This document shows, in pieces, positions 63,858-64,000 of a stretch of DNA of 64,000 nucleotides. How positions within the stretch are numbered: the stretch's first letter is position 1; each line of letters starts with the position of its first letter. The stretch covers positions 3,713 to 67,712 of the IMG/VR virus record IMGVR_UViG_3300028327_000004, one strand, 5' to 3'. The notes below the pieces were generated by a model that was given only the letters and a program-made list of their open reading frames with translations, ran no database searches and had not been told where the DNA came from. A program made the translations under genes and the position numbers. Source of the stretch: a virus. Lineage: Duplodnaviria; Caudoviricetes.

Positions 63858-63914
63858 TCCCCAGAGCGAATGACTCTGGATCTGCTTGTGGGGGTTCAAA
63901 TCCTCCCTGGGGAA
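63858..63914 (+). pseudogene. D-arm-less tRNA-Gln(CTG)-like element / possible att core
   Basis: TCCCCAG/CTGGGGA acceptor stem, CT-CTG-GA anticodon loop, GGGGG-TTCAAAT-CCTCC T-arm; only 9 nt between acceptor 5' strand and anticodon loop. Confidence 0.65.
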
Positions 63915-64000
63915 CAAATAATAGCACCCCGTTAAGGGGTGTAGACGGATAAATGCAACTGGTTCCGGCGCCGGACAAATCAACCACGATAAGTAAATGC

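Larger units (their letters stand above)
1..64000. mobile_element. Temperate myovirus-type phage/prophage (whole window)
   Basis: Ordered modules: terminase, portal, capsid, sheath, tube, tape measure, baseplate, fibres, replication, cI/cro switch; no host housekeeping genes recognised. Confidence 0.97.

Noticed and set aside
1-64000. Stop-codon reassignment, and further DGR targets
   Set aside because: Genes are full length in the standard code; no third VR copy was found by eye, though an exact search for GCGACCCCACCGGCCGC is still needed

Overview
The whole window is the genome, or most of it, of a temperate phage or prophage with a contractile tail. Nearly all genes are on the minus strand. 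From right to left the order is: immunity switch (cI-like/cro-like, three 16-bp operators), early accessory, recombination and replication genes, a ParB/PAPS-reductase/transporter cluster, terminase, portal, head, neck, sheath/tube, tape measure, baseplate, tail fibres and the start of a probable lysis gene. The standout is a complete diversity-generating retroelement (DGR): RT 3566-4702, TR 4965-5055 and Avd-like gene 5073-5684. It has two targets, and both differ from TR only at TR adenines. One is the adjacent tail fibre (VR1 5862-5952). The other is a non-structural early gene about 52 kb away (VR2 57956-58043, one codon shorter) carrying the same downstream hairpin signals. Other notable items: a MuF head protein with a papain-fold toxin domain fused in frame to a probable immunity module that has its own internal promoter; two promoter-leader-terminator units sharing an exact 13-mer; a -1 frameshift in the tail chaperone; and a D-arm-less tRNA-Gln(CTG)-like element with its own promoter near the right edge. 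No integrase, CRISPR array, rRNA or clear host housekeeping gene was recognised. Family names come from motif recognition and gene order, not database searches. The host cannot be fixed from the sequence; a spirochaete-like host is only a guess.
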